Source: an uncultured Acidobacteriota bacterium
GTDB lineage: Bacteria > Acidobacteriota > Thermoanaerobaculia > Multivoradales > UBA5704
Reading direction: 5' to 3'
Length of the DNA: 64,000 bases
NCBI GenBank assembly: GCA_963770895.1
Contig: CAVYRF010000002.1
Location: 672,001-736,000, forward strand
Made by a program: the position numbers and the translations under genes. Positions 1 to 8,509 of the stretch are shown here, piece by piece. How positions within the stretch are numbered: the stretch's first letter is position 1; each line of letters starts with the position of its first letter. The notes beneath the pieces were generated by a model. That model worked only from the letters and a program-made list of their open reading frames with translations, was not told the DNA's origin and did not search any database.

Positions 1-1
1 C

Positions 2-910
2 AATTGGGTGCTGCACCCGGACTACCCCAACCTGCTGCCCGAGCTGTTCGCGGTCAGCGCCCTGGTCGCCCGGCGCTGGAGCGAGCCGGCCATGATGCTG
101 TGGTCTCCCATCTGCCTGGCCCTGCTGCTGGCCGCGGCGCGCGAGGCGCTGCGGCGCGCCGGGGCGAGCCGCTTCATGGGCCAGGCGGCGCTGGCGACGC
201 TGGCGATGGCGCTGGCCGCCTATGGCATCGGCGCACCCTCCGCCGGCGGCGCCGACTGGCTGATCGTCCTGGCCCTGGGCGCCGCCCTGCCACCGCTGCT
301 CGCACCGCCCGACACGCGCGGCGCGGCGCAGGTCGGCCTCATCGCCGCCGTCGCCGCCGCCGCCAAGATCGAGGGGGTGGCGCTCGCCGGCGCCCTCCTG
401 GGGGTGTACGCGGTTCGTCTGCTGGCCGCCGCCGCCCGGGCGCCCGGCTCGGCGCCGCCCAGGGCAGCCGCGCTGCGCACCGCCCTGGCGCTCGGCCTGC
501 CATCCGCCGCGGTCGTGCTGCCCTGGCTGGCGCTGGTGCGCCACTACCACCTGTTCCTGCCGTTCAACGCCGGACCGCTGGTGCCGGCGCGGCTGCCGCA
601 GGTGCTGGCGCAGTTGGGCGAAACGCTGCCGGCGCCGCCGTGGCACGGCTTCGCCTATGCGCTGGCGCTGGTGCCGCTGCTCGGCCTGGACCGCCGCCTG
701 CGCGCCGTCGCCGCGGTGGTGTGCCTGCAGGCGCTGTTCTACCTGTACGTCTTCCTGTCGGTGCGCATCGACCCGCTGATCCTCATCCAGGCGAGCCTGT
801 CGCGTCTGGTCATGCACCTGCTGCCGGCGGTGCTGGTGGGCATCGCCATCGCCCTGGAGCGCGGCCAGCCGCCGCCGGCGCTGCCGTGCGGGAGCCCGGC
901 GGACAGCTGA
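2..910 (+). CDS. Polytopic membrane protein (possibly GT-C glycosyltransferase-like), 5'-truncated by the window edge
   Basis: Frame is open from position 2. Multiple hydrophobic helices, an HPDYP motif and a KIEG loop motif; codon usage is typical of the window. Confidence 0.6.
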   Translation, partial: NWVLHPDYPNLLPELFAVSALVARRWSEPAMMLWSPICLALLLAAAREALRRAGASRFMGQAALATLAMALAAYGIGAPSAGGADWLIVLALGAALPPLLAPPDTRGAAQVGLIAAVAAAAKIEGVALAGALLGVYAVRLLAAAARAPGSAPPRAAALRTALALGLPSAAVVLPWLALVRHYHLFLPFNAGPLVPARLPQVLAQLGETLPAPPWHGFAYALALVPLLGLDRRLRAVAAVVCLQALFYLYVFLSVRIDPLILIQASLSRLVMHLLPAVLVGIAIALERGQPPPALPCGSPADS

Positions 911-965
911 ACGGGACGCCCGGCCGCCGGCTGCTGACCGGGGAGGAAGTCAGGAGCTCAGAAGC

Positions 966-1367
966 TCAGGAGTCGCCGGAAGCTGCCGTCTTGGCGGCGG
1001 CAGCCGACCCCGTCTTGGCGGAGGATTTGGCTTCACCCCCGTCGGAGGCAGACCCGGAGCTGCCGGAGCCACCGGAGTCGCTCGCTTTCTTGTCGCCCTT
1101 GTCGCCGCCACCGCTGGTGGAGGCCGAGACGGACTCCCCCGATCCCCCCGACGATTCCGCGGCATCGCTCTTGGACGAGCCACTGCCCTTTTTGGCGTAG
1201 TCGGTGACGTACCAGCCGCTCCCCTTGAACTGGAAAGCGGGCGAAGAGACCAGCTTTTTGACCTGGCCGCCGCACGCGGGACAGGCCGCGGGAGGCGGAT
1301 CTTCGAAACGCTGCAGCACCTCTGTCCTGGTACCGCATTGGGTGCACTGATACTCGTAAAGCGGCAT
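966..1367 (-). CDS. FmdB-family zinc-ribbon protein with a Ser/Gly/Lys-rich tail
   Basis: MPLYEYQCTQCG...CPACGG...FQFKGSGWYVTDY is the FmdB signature. An AGGAAGG RBS lies 6 nt before ATG 1367. Confidence 0.9.
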   Translation of the reverse strand: MPLYEYQCTQCGTRTEVLQRFEDPPPAACPACGGQVKKLVSSPAFQFKGSGWYVTDYAKKGSGSSKSDAAESSGGSGESVSASTSGGGDKGDKKASDSGGSGSSGSASDGGEAKSSAKTGSAAAAKTAASGDS

Positions 1368-1426
1368 CTCCATCCTTCCTGATTGCTTTGACGGGCCGCG
1401 GGGTGTTGCGACAGGCCGCCAGCTAG

Positions 1427-2245
1427 CTAGCCGTACTTGTCGCCCTGCGTCTTGAAGCGGATCTTGATCGCGCCCGTCTCTTCCCGCCCCGCCATCCGCG
1501 GCGTGGCCTGGGCCTGTTCGCTGCCCACGCGGCGAATCAGCTGCAGGACCTGAAAAGCGTACAGCAGCTTGCCGTTTTCGGCCGCGCCATGCGGCCCCTG
1601 GGTGCAGATCTCGAACAGCGTCCGGCGCCCGTCCACCATCTGGAGGAGGCTGAACTCGTCGGCGTCCATCGCGATCTCGATCAGCTCCTCAGCCTGATAA
1701 CAAGCTTCGAGGACCGTCTCTTTCCGCCCCAGGCGCGCCACCAGCGCCTTGGCGTTGGGGGCCCGCTTGATCCCCTGCAGGATCACCTGCCGCATCGACA
1801 GCTGGATCCGCACCGATTCCGACTCGCGGAAGTCGCCGATGCTGAAGCTGACGCTGCCCTCCTGCCAGTAGAACAGGCTCCAGACGATCGCCTCGATCTG
1901 CTTGCGGATGGCGCGATAGATCTCCCCGGGCGACAGCAGGCGGTGCTCCATCAGCAGCACGCCATACCGTTTCTGCGTGCGCTCGCGCTCGCGCATGGTG
2001 GCGTCGAACGCCTCGCGCGACAGCAGCCCCGCAACCTCCAGGTAGCGCCCCAGGCTGTCCTCGCGGTCGTTCGAGGACGCATGCACCACGTTGCCTTCTT
2101 TGATGAAGACCCGCTTGATGACCCCGCCGCGCTGCGCCTCGATCACCCCGGGGACCTGGAAGCGGTCCACCGTATGCAGGATCTCGGGCAGCGCCGTCTG
2201 TGACAGGTCACCGCGGTACTGGAAGCTGTTCTCGACCGTGGTCAA
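1427..2245 (-). CDS. DUF4388 (PatA-N-like) domain protein
   Basis: YRGDLSQTALPEILH...VFIKEGNVVHASSN...SLGRYL...LFYWQEGSVSF matches the DUF4388 pattern. Start uncertain (TTG 2245 or ATG 2284). Confidence 0.8.
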   Translation of the reverse strand: MTTVENSFQYRGDLSQTALPEILHTVDRFQVPGVIEAQRGGVIKRVFIKEGNVVHASSNDREDSLGRYLEVAGLLSREAFDATMRERERTQKRYGVLLMEHRLLSPGEIYRAIRKQIEAIVWSLFYWQEGSVSFSIGDFRESESVRIQLSMRQVILQGIKRAPNAKALVARLGRKETVLEACYQAEELIEIAMDADEFSLLQMVDGRRTLFEICTQGPHGAAENGKLLYAFQVLQLIRRVGSEQAQATPRMAGREETGAIKIRFKTQGDKYG

Positions 2246-2542
2246 GGCACAAGCCCTCTCTTCTGACAGGCGGCTGGCAATCATACCACCGCCTGACCGT
2301 CGGCGCAGGGGAGCCGCCGCAAGCCGTCCGCGCGGGACGCAACGCTTCAGCTCCTGCGGGACGCACGGCCACCTCCGGCCGAGACTATGGAATGCCGCCG
2401 GCTGCCGTCGACCTGCCGCCGCCTGACGCCAAGTTTTCGCCGATTCTCACGCAGAGCCGGCGCGGGTTGGTAGTCTACCGTGAAGCACGACGGCAAGCGC
2501 GCAGATACCATCCAACAGCATCACACGGAAGGGACAACCGCC

Positions 2543-3943
2543 ATGCAGGAGCGCCAAAGGGCAGGGGCAGTCGAAACCCATGGAGCCGAGCAGGTGTACG
2601 ACGTCCTGGGCGTGGGTTTCGGGCCGGCCAACCTGGCGCTGCTGCTGTGCCTGCACGAGCAGCCCGCGATGCCGGACGGCCGGCAGCTGCGCAGCCTGTT
2701 CCTCGAGCGCAAGCCGGACTACGACTGGCATCCCGACATGCTCATCGACGGCGCCTCGATCCAGGTGTCGTTCCTCAAGGACCTGGTGACGCTGCGCAAT
2801 CCGTGCAGCCACTTCAGCTTCCTGAACTACCTGCGGCTGCACGGCCGGCTGCTGGACTTCGTGAACCTGCGGACGTTCTTCCCCACCCGGGTCGAATACA
2901 ACGACTATTTCCGCTGGGTGGCGGCGCAGGTGCGGGACAGCGTGCACTACGACCGCGAAGTCATGGCGGTGCAGGCCGTCCCGGCGGGGCGGCAGGGAGC
3001 GCCACGGCCGGCCGACTCGCCGGCGGTCGAGCTGTTGCGCGTGGTGGCGCGGCATGGCGGCAGCGGCCTGCCGCAGGAGTACCTGACGCGCAACCTGGTG
3101 GTCGCGACCGGCGGCGTTCCCTACATCCCGGCGGGCATCGACCTCGACGCCGCGCCGCACGTCTTTCACTCGCAGAGCTTCCTGCGCAACGTGCGGCAGC
3201 ACTTTCCCCGCGCCGACGCGCCGTACCGCTTCGTCGTGGTCGGATCGGGCCAGAGCGCGGCCGAGATCTTCCAATACCTGTTCACCCAGTTTCCCCGCGC
3301 CCAGGTCACCGCGGCGATCCGCCGCTTCGCCTACAAGCCGGCCGACGAAAGCGAGTTCGTCAACGAGATCTTCTCGCCGGTCATGACCGACGTGGTCTAC
3401 GGCCTGCCACCCGAGGAGCGCCGCTCGCTGCGCGACATGCATGCCGACACCAACTATTCGGCGGTGGATCTGGAGCTGATCCGCAGCATCTACCGCTCCA
3501 TCTACGACCGCAAGCGCGACGGCGACACCCGCGTGCAGGTGCGGGCGATGATGGAGCTCGAGCACGTCGAGCAGCACGATGCGACGGTCACCGCCCGCTT
3601 CTGGAACAAGGTGGAGCGCAGGTGCGAGCACCTGGAGGCGGATGGCCTGGTGCTCGCCACCGGCTTCCAGCACTCCTGTCTGCCGCCGGTGCTCAAGGAG
3701 CTCGAGCCCTATCTGGTCACCATCCCCGGCGGCGGCGAATACCAGGTCGGACGCGACTATCGTGTGCAGAGCGTGCCGGGCTTTGCGCCGGCCGTCTACC
3801 TGCAAGGCTACTGCGAAAGCACCCACGGCCTCAGCGACACCCTGCTTTCGGTGCTTCCCATCCGCAGCCGCGAGATCCTGGAATCCATCCTCGCCGGCAC
3901 CGGCGGCCTGTGCAGCGTCACCCCGACCCCGGTCGTGATCTGA
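2543..3943 (+). CDS. Lysine/ornithine N-hydroxylase (PvdA/SidA/IucD/KtzI family flavin monooxygenase)
   Basis: FAD motif GVGFGPANL, WHPDMLI, FLKDLVTLRNP, NADPH motif VVGSGQSAAE, and LATGF. GGAAGGGA RBS before ATG 2543. Confidence 0.92.
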   Translation: MQERQRAGAVETHGAEQVYDVLGVGFGPANLALLLCLHEQPAMPDGRQLRSLFLERKPDYDWHPDMLIDGASIQVSFLKDLVTLRNPCSHFSFLNYLRLHGRLLDFVNLRTFFPTRVEYNDYFRWVAAQVRDSVHYDREVMAVQAVPAGRQGAPRPADSPAVELLRVVARHGGSGLPQEYLTRNLVVATGGVPYIPAGIDLDAAPHVFHSQSFLRNVRQHFPRADAPYRFVVVGSGQSAAEIFQYLFTQFPRAQVTAAIRRFAYKPADESEFVNEIFSPVMTDVVYGLPPEERRSLRDMHADTNYSAVDLELIRSIYRSIYDRKRDGDTRVQVRAMMELEHVEQHDATVTARFWNKVERRCEHLEADGLVLATGFQHSCLPPVLKELEPYLVTIPGGGEYQVGRDYRVQSVPGFAPAVYLQGYCESTHGLSDTLLSVLPIRSREILESILAGTGGLCSVTPTPVVI

Positions 3944-3950
3944 TAGGCGG

Positions 3951-5159
3951 GTGATCTCGCCCGACGAAGCCTGGCGGCGCATCGCCGCCACCCTGACTCC
4001 CCTGTCCCCTGAGCGTGTCGCGCGCCGCGCCGCGGGCGGCCGCGTCCTGGTCGCACCGCTCCTCGCAACCCTCGACGTTCCAGCGGCGGACGTCTCGGCG
4101 ATGGACGGCTACGCCGTGGCCGGCGAAATCCTCCCCGGCGAAACCCGGCCCGTCGCCATGACGCTCTTTGCCGGCACTCCCCCCGGCAGCACCCTGCCCC
4201 CCGGACAGGCCGCGCGCATCATGACCGGCGCCCCGGTGCCTGACGGTGCCGACCGCGTCGTGCCCGTCGAAGCCACCCAACAGCCCGCCGCGGGCGCTGC
4301 GTCCATCGTGCTGCTCGCCACCGCCGACGCCGGCCAGCACATCCGCCGCCGCGGCGAAGTGCAGCGCGCCGGCAGCGTGATGCTGCCCGCCGGCACCCTG
4401 CTGACCCCCGGCGCGCTCTCCCTTGCCGCCACCCACGGCTACGCCGAGCTGCCGGTGCACCGCCAGCCGACGGTCGCGGTGCTCGCCACCGGCGACGAAG
4501 TGGTGCCGCCCGACCGCACGCCGCAACCCGGGCAGCTGCGCGACTCGCATACCGACTTCCTGCTCGCCGCCGGCGCCACCCTGGGCCTGGCCTTCACGCC
4601 GCTGGGCATCGCCCCGGATCGCGCCGGTCCGCTCACCGACCTGTTACGAGCCGGCCTGGCCTCCGACGTCCTGCTGGTCTGCGGCGGCGTCTCCATGGGC
4701 GAGCTGGACCTGGTGGAAGGCACCCTGGAGAGCCTGGGCTGCCAGCGCCACGTCGACGCCGTGGCCATCCAACCCGGCAAACCCATGGTCTTCGCCACCC
4801 ACCCAGGCGGCCTGGTGTTCGGCCTCCCCGGCAACCCCGCCTCGGTGCAGGTCGCCTTCTGGCTCTTCGTCCGCCCCGCCCTGGCCCGCCTCGCCGGCCG
4901 CGACGCCGACTGGTGGCCGGCCCTGCCCGCCACCCTCGCCGCCACCCTCCCCGGCGCCACCTCCCGAGACCGCTTCGTCGCCGCCACCGTAACCTGGGGT
5001 GCCCAGGGCGGCCCCCTGGCCCACCCCCTCCCGCCCAAAGGCTCCCACGACCTGGCCGCCTACGCCGCCGGCACCGCCCTGCTGCGCGTCCGCGCCGGCG
5101 CCCCCCCCGCCCCGGCGGGAGCCCCCTGCGAGCTCCTCCTCCTCCCGCCCCCGTTCTAA
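3951..5159 (+). CDS. moeA: Molybdopterin molybdotransferase MoeA
   Basis: SAMDGYAV, IMTGAPVP, ATGDEV, GGVSMG, QPGKP and FGLPGNPAS motifs. Confidence 0.93.
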   Translation: MISPDEAWRRIAATLTPLSPERVARRAAGGRVLVAPLLATLDVPAADVSAMDGYAVAGEILPGETRPVAMTLFAGTPPGSTLPPGQAARIMTGAPVPDGADRVVPVEATQQPAAGAASIVLLATADAGQHIRRRGEVQRAGSVMLPAGTLLTPGALSLAATHGYAELPVHRQPTVAVLATGDEVVPPDRTPQPGQLRDSHTDFLLAAGATLGLAFTPLGIAPDRAGPLTDLLRAGLASDVLLVCGGVSMGELDLVEGTLESLGCQRHVDAVAIQPGKPMVFATHPGGLVFGLPGNPASVQVAFWLFVRPALARLAGRDADWWPALPATLAATLPGATSRDRFVAATVTWGAQGGPLAHPLPPKGSHDLAAYAAGTALLRVRAGAPPAPAGAPCELLLLPPPF

Positions 5160-5199
5160 ACCCACCTTCCCCACGGCATCCCATCCAGGCACACCGCCG

Positions 5200-5253
5200 C
5201 CCTGCCTGGGAGGCTAGTGCGCCGCACTAGCGCCGGTGGGAAAGCAGGCAGGG
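5200..5253. repeat. Nested intergenic inverted repeat (REP-like or terminator hairpin)
   Basis: Perfect stem GCTAGTGC-gcc-GCACTAGC (5213-5231), enclosed by CCCTGCCTG...CAGGCAGGG. Confidence 0.5.
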
Positions 5254-5366
5254 ATGGACTATGATTCCGGCAAGTTCTTCGCTGGCTGTAACGCGTGTAG
5301 GCAACCGGGTTTCGCGATTGCGCGGTCGGGCACAGGCTCTTGGCCCGCCGCGGACAGGAGGACTCC

Positions 5367-8270
5367 TTGAACGAGCTTGGGCGCAGGATTATCCGACATG
5401 CTGCAACGATCCTCCTGCTGCTGGCGTGCGCTGCCATGCCGGCGGTCGGCCAGCTGCAGACGGGCGACATCTACGTCACCGTCCAGGACGAAAAGGGGCA
5501 GGCGCTGCCTGGAGTGACCGTCACGGTGACGGGAATCGGCGCGCCGCGGGTTGAGACCAGCAACCAGGAGGGCCTGGTGCGGTTCCTCAGCCTGTACCCC
5601 GGCAAGTATGGCGTCAATGGCGAGCTGGAGGGGTTTTCGACGGTCGAATACCCGGACATCACGGTCACCGTCGCCGGCAAGTCGAAGGTGGTGCTGACGC
5701 TGTCCTCGTCGATCAAGGAGACGATCACCGTCACCGCCGACGCGCCGCTGCTGGACGAGCGCAAGTTGAACCGCGGCACGGTGCTCAACACCAAGGAGCT
5801 GGCCAACGTGCCGACCGCGCGCGATCCCTGGTCGCTGCTGCAGCAGGTGCCCGGCGTGCAGCAGGACCGCATCAACGTCGGCGGCAACGAAAGCGGCCAG
5901 CAATCCGACTTCCTGGGCGTCGGCGCCACCGGCCGCGACAACACGTTCGCGGTCGACGGGGTGATCGTCAGCGACATGAACGCGGTCGGCGGGTCGGCCA
6001 TCTATTTCGACTTTGGCGCCTACGAAGAGGTGCAGTTCACGGTGTCGAGCGCCGACGTCACGGTCGCCACGTCGGGCGTCACCGTCAACCAGGTCACCAA
6101 GCGCGGCACCAACGAGGTCAAGGGCAGCATCCGCTACCTGAACACCTCGGGGTCGCTGCAGGCCGCTCCCGGCATCGCCGACGGCAACCGCATCAAGGGG
6201 GTCGAGGAGTATGGCGCCGACATCGGCGGGCCGCTGTGGCGCGACCACCTGTGGGGTTGGACCGCCTTCGGTCGCAACGACATCGCCAACATCGTCGAAG
6301 GCGGCCAGGTCGATTCGACGATCATCAAGGACATCAACGCCAAGCTCAACTATCAGATCGGGCCGTCGGATTCGGGCGTCGCCCACTGGTGGACGGACAA
6401 CAAGATCAAGGACGGCCGCGACGCCGGCCCCGGCTTCGCGCCGGCGGCGACCTTCAATCAGACCACGCCGTCGTACATCTGGAAGTTCGAGAACACCTAC
6501 CTGGTCAATCAAAACCTCTACCTGACCGGGTTGTGGTCGAACAACGACGGGCGCTTCACGCTGGCGCCGCAGGGCGGCCCGAACCCCTACATCTACATCG
6601 ACGACAACGGCACCATCAACGGCACCAACCTGGATTTCCAGCAGCACGCGATCATCCAGCAGGAGCGCCTGGACGGGAACTACTTCTTCTACACCGGCAG
6701 CGCCAGCAACGAGCTGAAGTTCGGCGGCGGCTACCGGCACCAGGACAACGTGTCGAGCACCGTCTGGCCGCACGGCTACCAGGTCCTGAGCTGCGTCTAC
6801 GAAGGCTGCGCCAGCTCGGACCCCAACCTGGCAGTGATCGAATTCTTCCGCAACCGCCTGGACAGCATCCGCGGCGAGTATGCCTCAGGCTGGCTGCAGG
6901 ACACCTGGAGCAAGGGCAACTGGACGGTCAACGTCGGTGCGCGCTTTGACGACCAGGAGCTCAAGAACCGCGCCGCCTTCGAGCCCGGCGACCCGCTGGC
7001 CCAGGGCCTGCTGCCGCCGCTCAACTTCACCGGCAACGACGCCGGCGGCTTTGCCTGGCGCTCGATCGTGCCGCGCATGGGCGTCACCTACGCCATCGGC
7101 CCGGAGCGCAAGACGCTGCTGCGCGGCACCTTCTCGCAGTACGCCGAACAGCTGGGGGAGATCCCGCTGGCGACGCGCGTCAACCCCATCGGCTACAGCT
7201 ACGCGTATTACTACTTTGACGACACCAACCACAACCACCGTCTCGACCCCAACGAGATCCCCAGCCTCAACCTGCTGAGCACGGTGAACATCAATCCCAA
7301 CAGTCCGGGGTCGCTGACGACGCCCAACGTCAACAATCCCAACCTGCGGCCGGCGATGACCGACGAGCTGACCTTTGCCATCGATCAGGGGCTGACCCGC
7401 GACATGCTGGTGACGTTCACCTTGACGTATCGCCACATTTACGACATCCCCGAGGACCGCTCGCTGATCACCGATCAGAACGGCGTGACCCGCGTGGCAA
7501 CGATCAACGACTACCAGTTGAGCCCGACGACACCGTACGTGCAGGGGGTGTTGCCCAACGGCCAGATGTCGGCGATGGTGCCGGTCTACGACCTGAAACC
7601 GGGCCTGACGTACACCGGCGGCTCGTACTACACCAACGGCGATCGCACGCAGCGCTATATCGGCGGCACGCTGACGTTCACCAAACGGTTGTCGCACGAT
7701 TGGGAGGCGAACGCCCATTTCACCCTGGACGACTGGACGTGGCACATCGGCCCGCAGTTCACGTATTACCACGACCCCACCAACCTGACGTCGGACGACC
7801 TTGGCTTTGCGATTCGCGACGGCGATTACTTCGAGCAGTCGACGGGGAGCGGCAACAAGGGCGACGTGATCATCGGCAGCCGCTGGTCGTACGATGCCAA
7901 CGTGATGTACGAGGTGGCGAAGAGCCGTTCGTGGGGGTTCGACGTGACGGGGAGCGTGGACGGCCGGCAGGGGTATCCGACGCCTCCTTACGTGGACGTG
8001 ACCAACGATTTCGGGGTGCAGCACGTGCTGATCGCGAACAGCACTACGGAGTTTCGCAACCCGAATATCTTCTTGCTGAACGGACGGATCAGCAAGGATT
8101 TCACGTTCCATGACTTTGGGCTGACGTTGGGGGTCGACGGGTTCAACTTGCTCAATTCGAATCCGATCTTGCAGCGGCAGCGGGATGCTTCCGCCTTGAA
8201 CGTGGGGATGATCGAGGAGGAGTTGTCGCCTCGGGTGTTCAGGATTGGGGCTACGCTGCATTTCCGTTGA
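5367..8270 (+). CDS. TonB-dependent receptor (Oar-like, N-terminal carboxypeptidase-regulatory-like domain)
   Basis: Signal peptide, GQALPGVTVTV domain, plug motif ARDPWSLL...VPGV, beta-barrel strands, C-terminal PRVFRIGATLHFR. AGGAGG RBS before TTG 5367. Confidence 0.9.
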   Translation: MNELGRRIIRHAATILLLLACAAMPAVGQLQTGDIYVTVQDEKGQALPGVTVTVTGIGAPRVETSNQEGLVRFLSLYPGKYGVNGELEGFSTVEYPDITVTVAGKSKVVLTLSSSIKETITVTADAPLLDERKLNRGTVLNTKELANVPTARDPWSLLQQVPGVQQDRINVGGNESGQQSDFLGVGATGRDNTFAVDGVIVSDMNAVGGSAIYFDFGAYEEVQFTVSSADVTVATSGVTVNQVTKRGTNEVKGSIRYLNTSGSLQAAPGIADGNRIKGVEEYGADIGGPLWRDHLWGWTAFGRNDIANIVEGGQVDSTIIKDINAKLNYQIGPSDSGVAHWWTDNKIKDGRDAGPGFAPAATFNQTTPSYIWKFENTYLVNQNLYLTGLWSNNDGRFTLAPQGGPNPYIYIDDNGTINGTNLDFQQHAIIQQERLDGNYFFYTGSASNELKFGGGYRHQDNVSSTVWPHGYQVLSCVYEGCASSDPNLAVIEFFRNRLDSIRGEYASGWLQDTWSKGNWTVNVGARFDDQELKNRAAFEPGDPLAQGLLPPLNFTGNDAGGFAWRSIVPRMGVTYAIGPERKTLLRGTFSQYAEQLGEIPLATRVNPIGYSYAYYYFDDTNHNHRLDPNEIPSLNLLSTVNINPNSPGSLTTPNVNNPNLRPAMTDELTFAIDQGLTRDMLVTFTLTYRHIYDIPEDRSLITDQNGVTRVATINDYQLSPTTPYVQGVLPNGQMSAMVPVYDLKPGLTYTGGSYYTNGDRTQRYIGGTLTFTKRLSHDWEANAHFTLDDWTWHIGPQFTYYHDPTNLTSDDLGFAIRDGDYFEQSTGSGNKGDVIIGSRWSYDANVMYEVAKSRSWGFDVTGSVDGRQGYPTPPYVDVTNDFGVQHVLIANSTTEFRNPNIFLLNGRISKDFTFHDFGLTLGVDGFNLLNSNPILQRQRDASALNVGMIEEELSPRVFRIGATLHFR

Positions 8271-8342
8271 GGTCGTTGCGCCGGGGGGCGGCGGCGAGGG
8301 CGCGGGCGCGGGCGGAGACGGGGGCGCGGGCTAAGGCGAAGG

Positions 8343-8480
8343 GGGTTGCCTGGGGAGGAGACGGGAGGGCACCCCTCGGCGTCGCGCTGCGGGCTCGCGG
8401 AGCGATGAGGGCTGGCGGGTAGGGGGTTGCCTCGCCCCAGAGCGCCGCCGAGGGGTCCCTCCCGCCTCCTCAGGGGACCC
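8343..8480. repeat. Long imperfect inverted repeat (about 40-45 bp arms), REP/MITE-like or terminator
   Basis: Left arm ...GAGGAGACGGGAGGGCACCCCTCGGCGTCGCGCT (8343-8388) pairs with right arm AGCGCCGCCGAGGGGTCCCTCCCGCCTCCTCAGGGGACCC (8441-8480). A 12-bp direct repeat AGGGGGTTGCCT occurs at 8340 and 8421. Confidence 0.7.
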
Positions 8481-8509
8481 TCCTCTTTTGCGGGCGGAGC
8501 CGTTGGGGC

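Noticed and set aside
2543-8270. Siderophore biosynthetic cluster (hydroxylase plus TonB receptor)
   Set aside because: No synthetase or acyltransferase is present; the receptor is Oar-type and separated by moeA and a hairpin.
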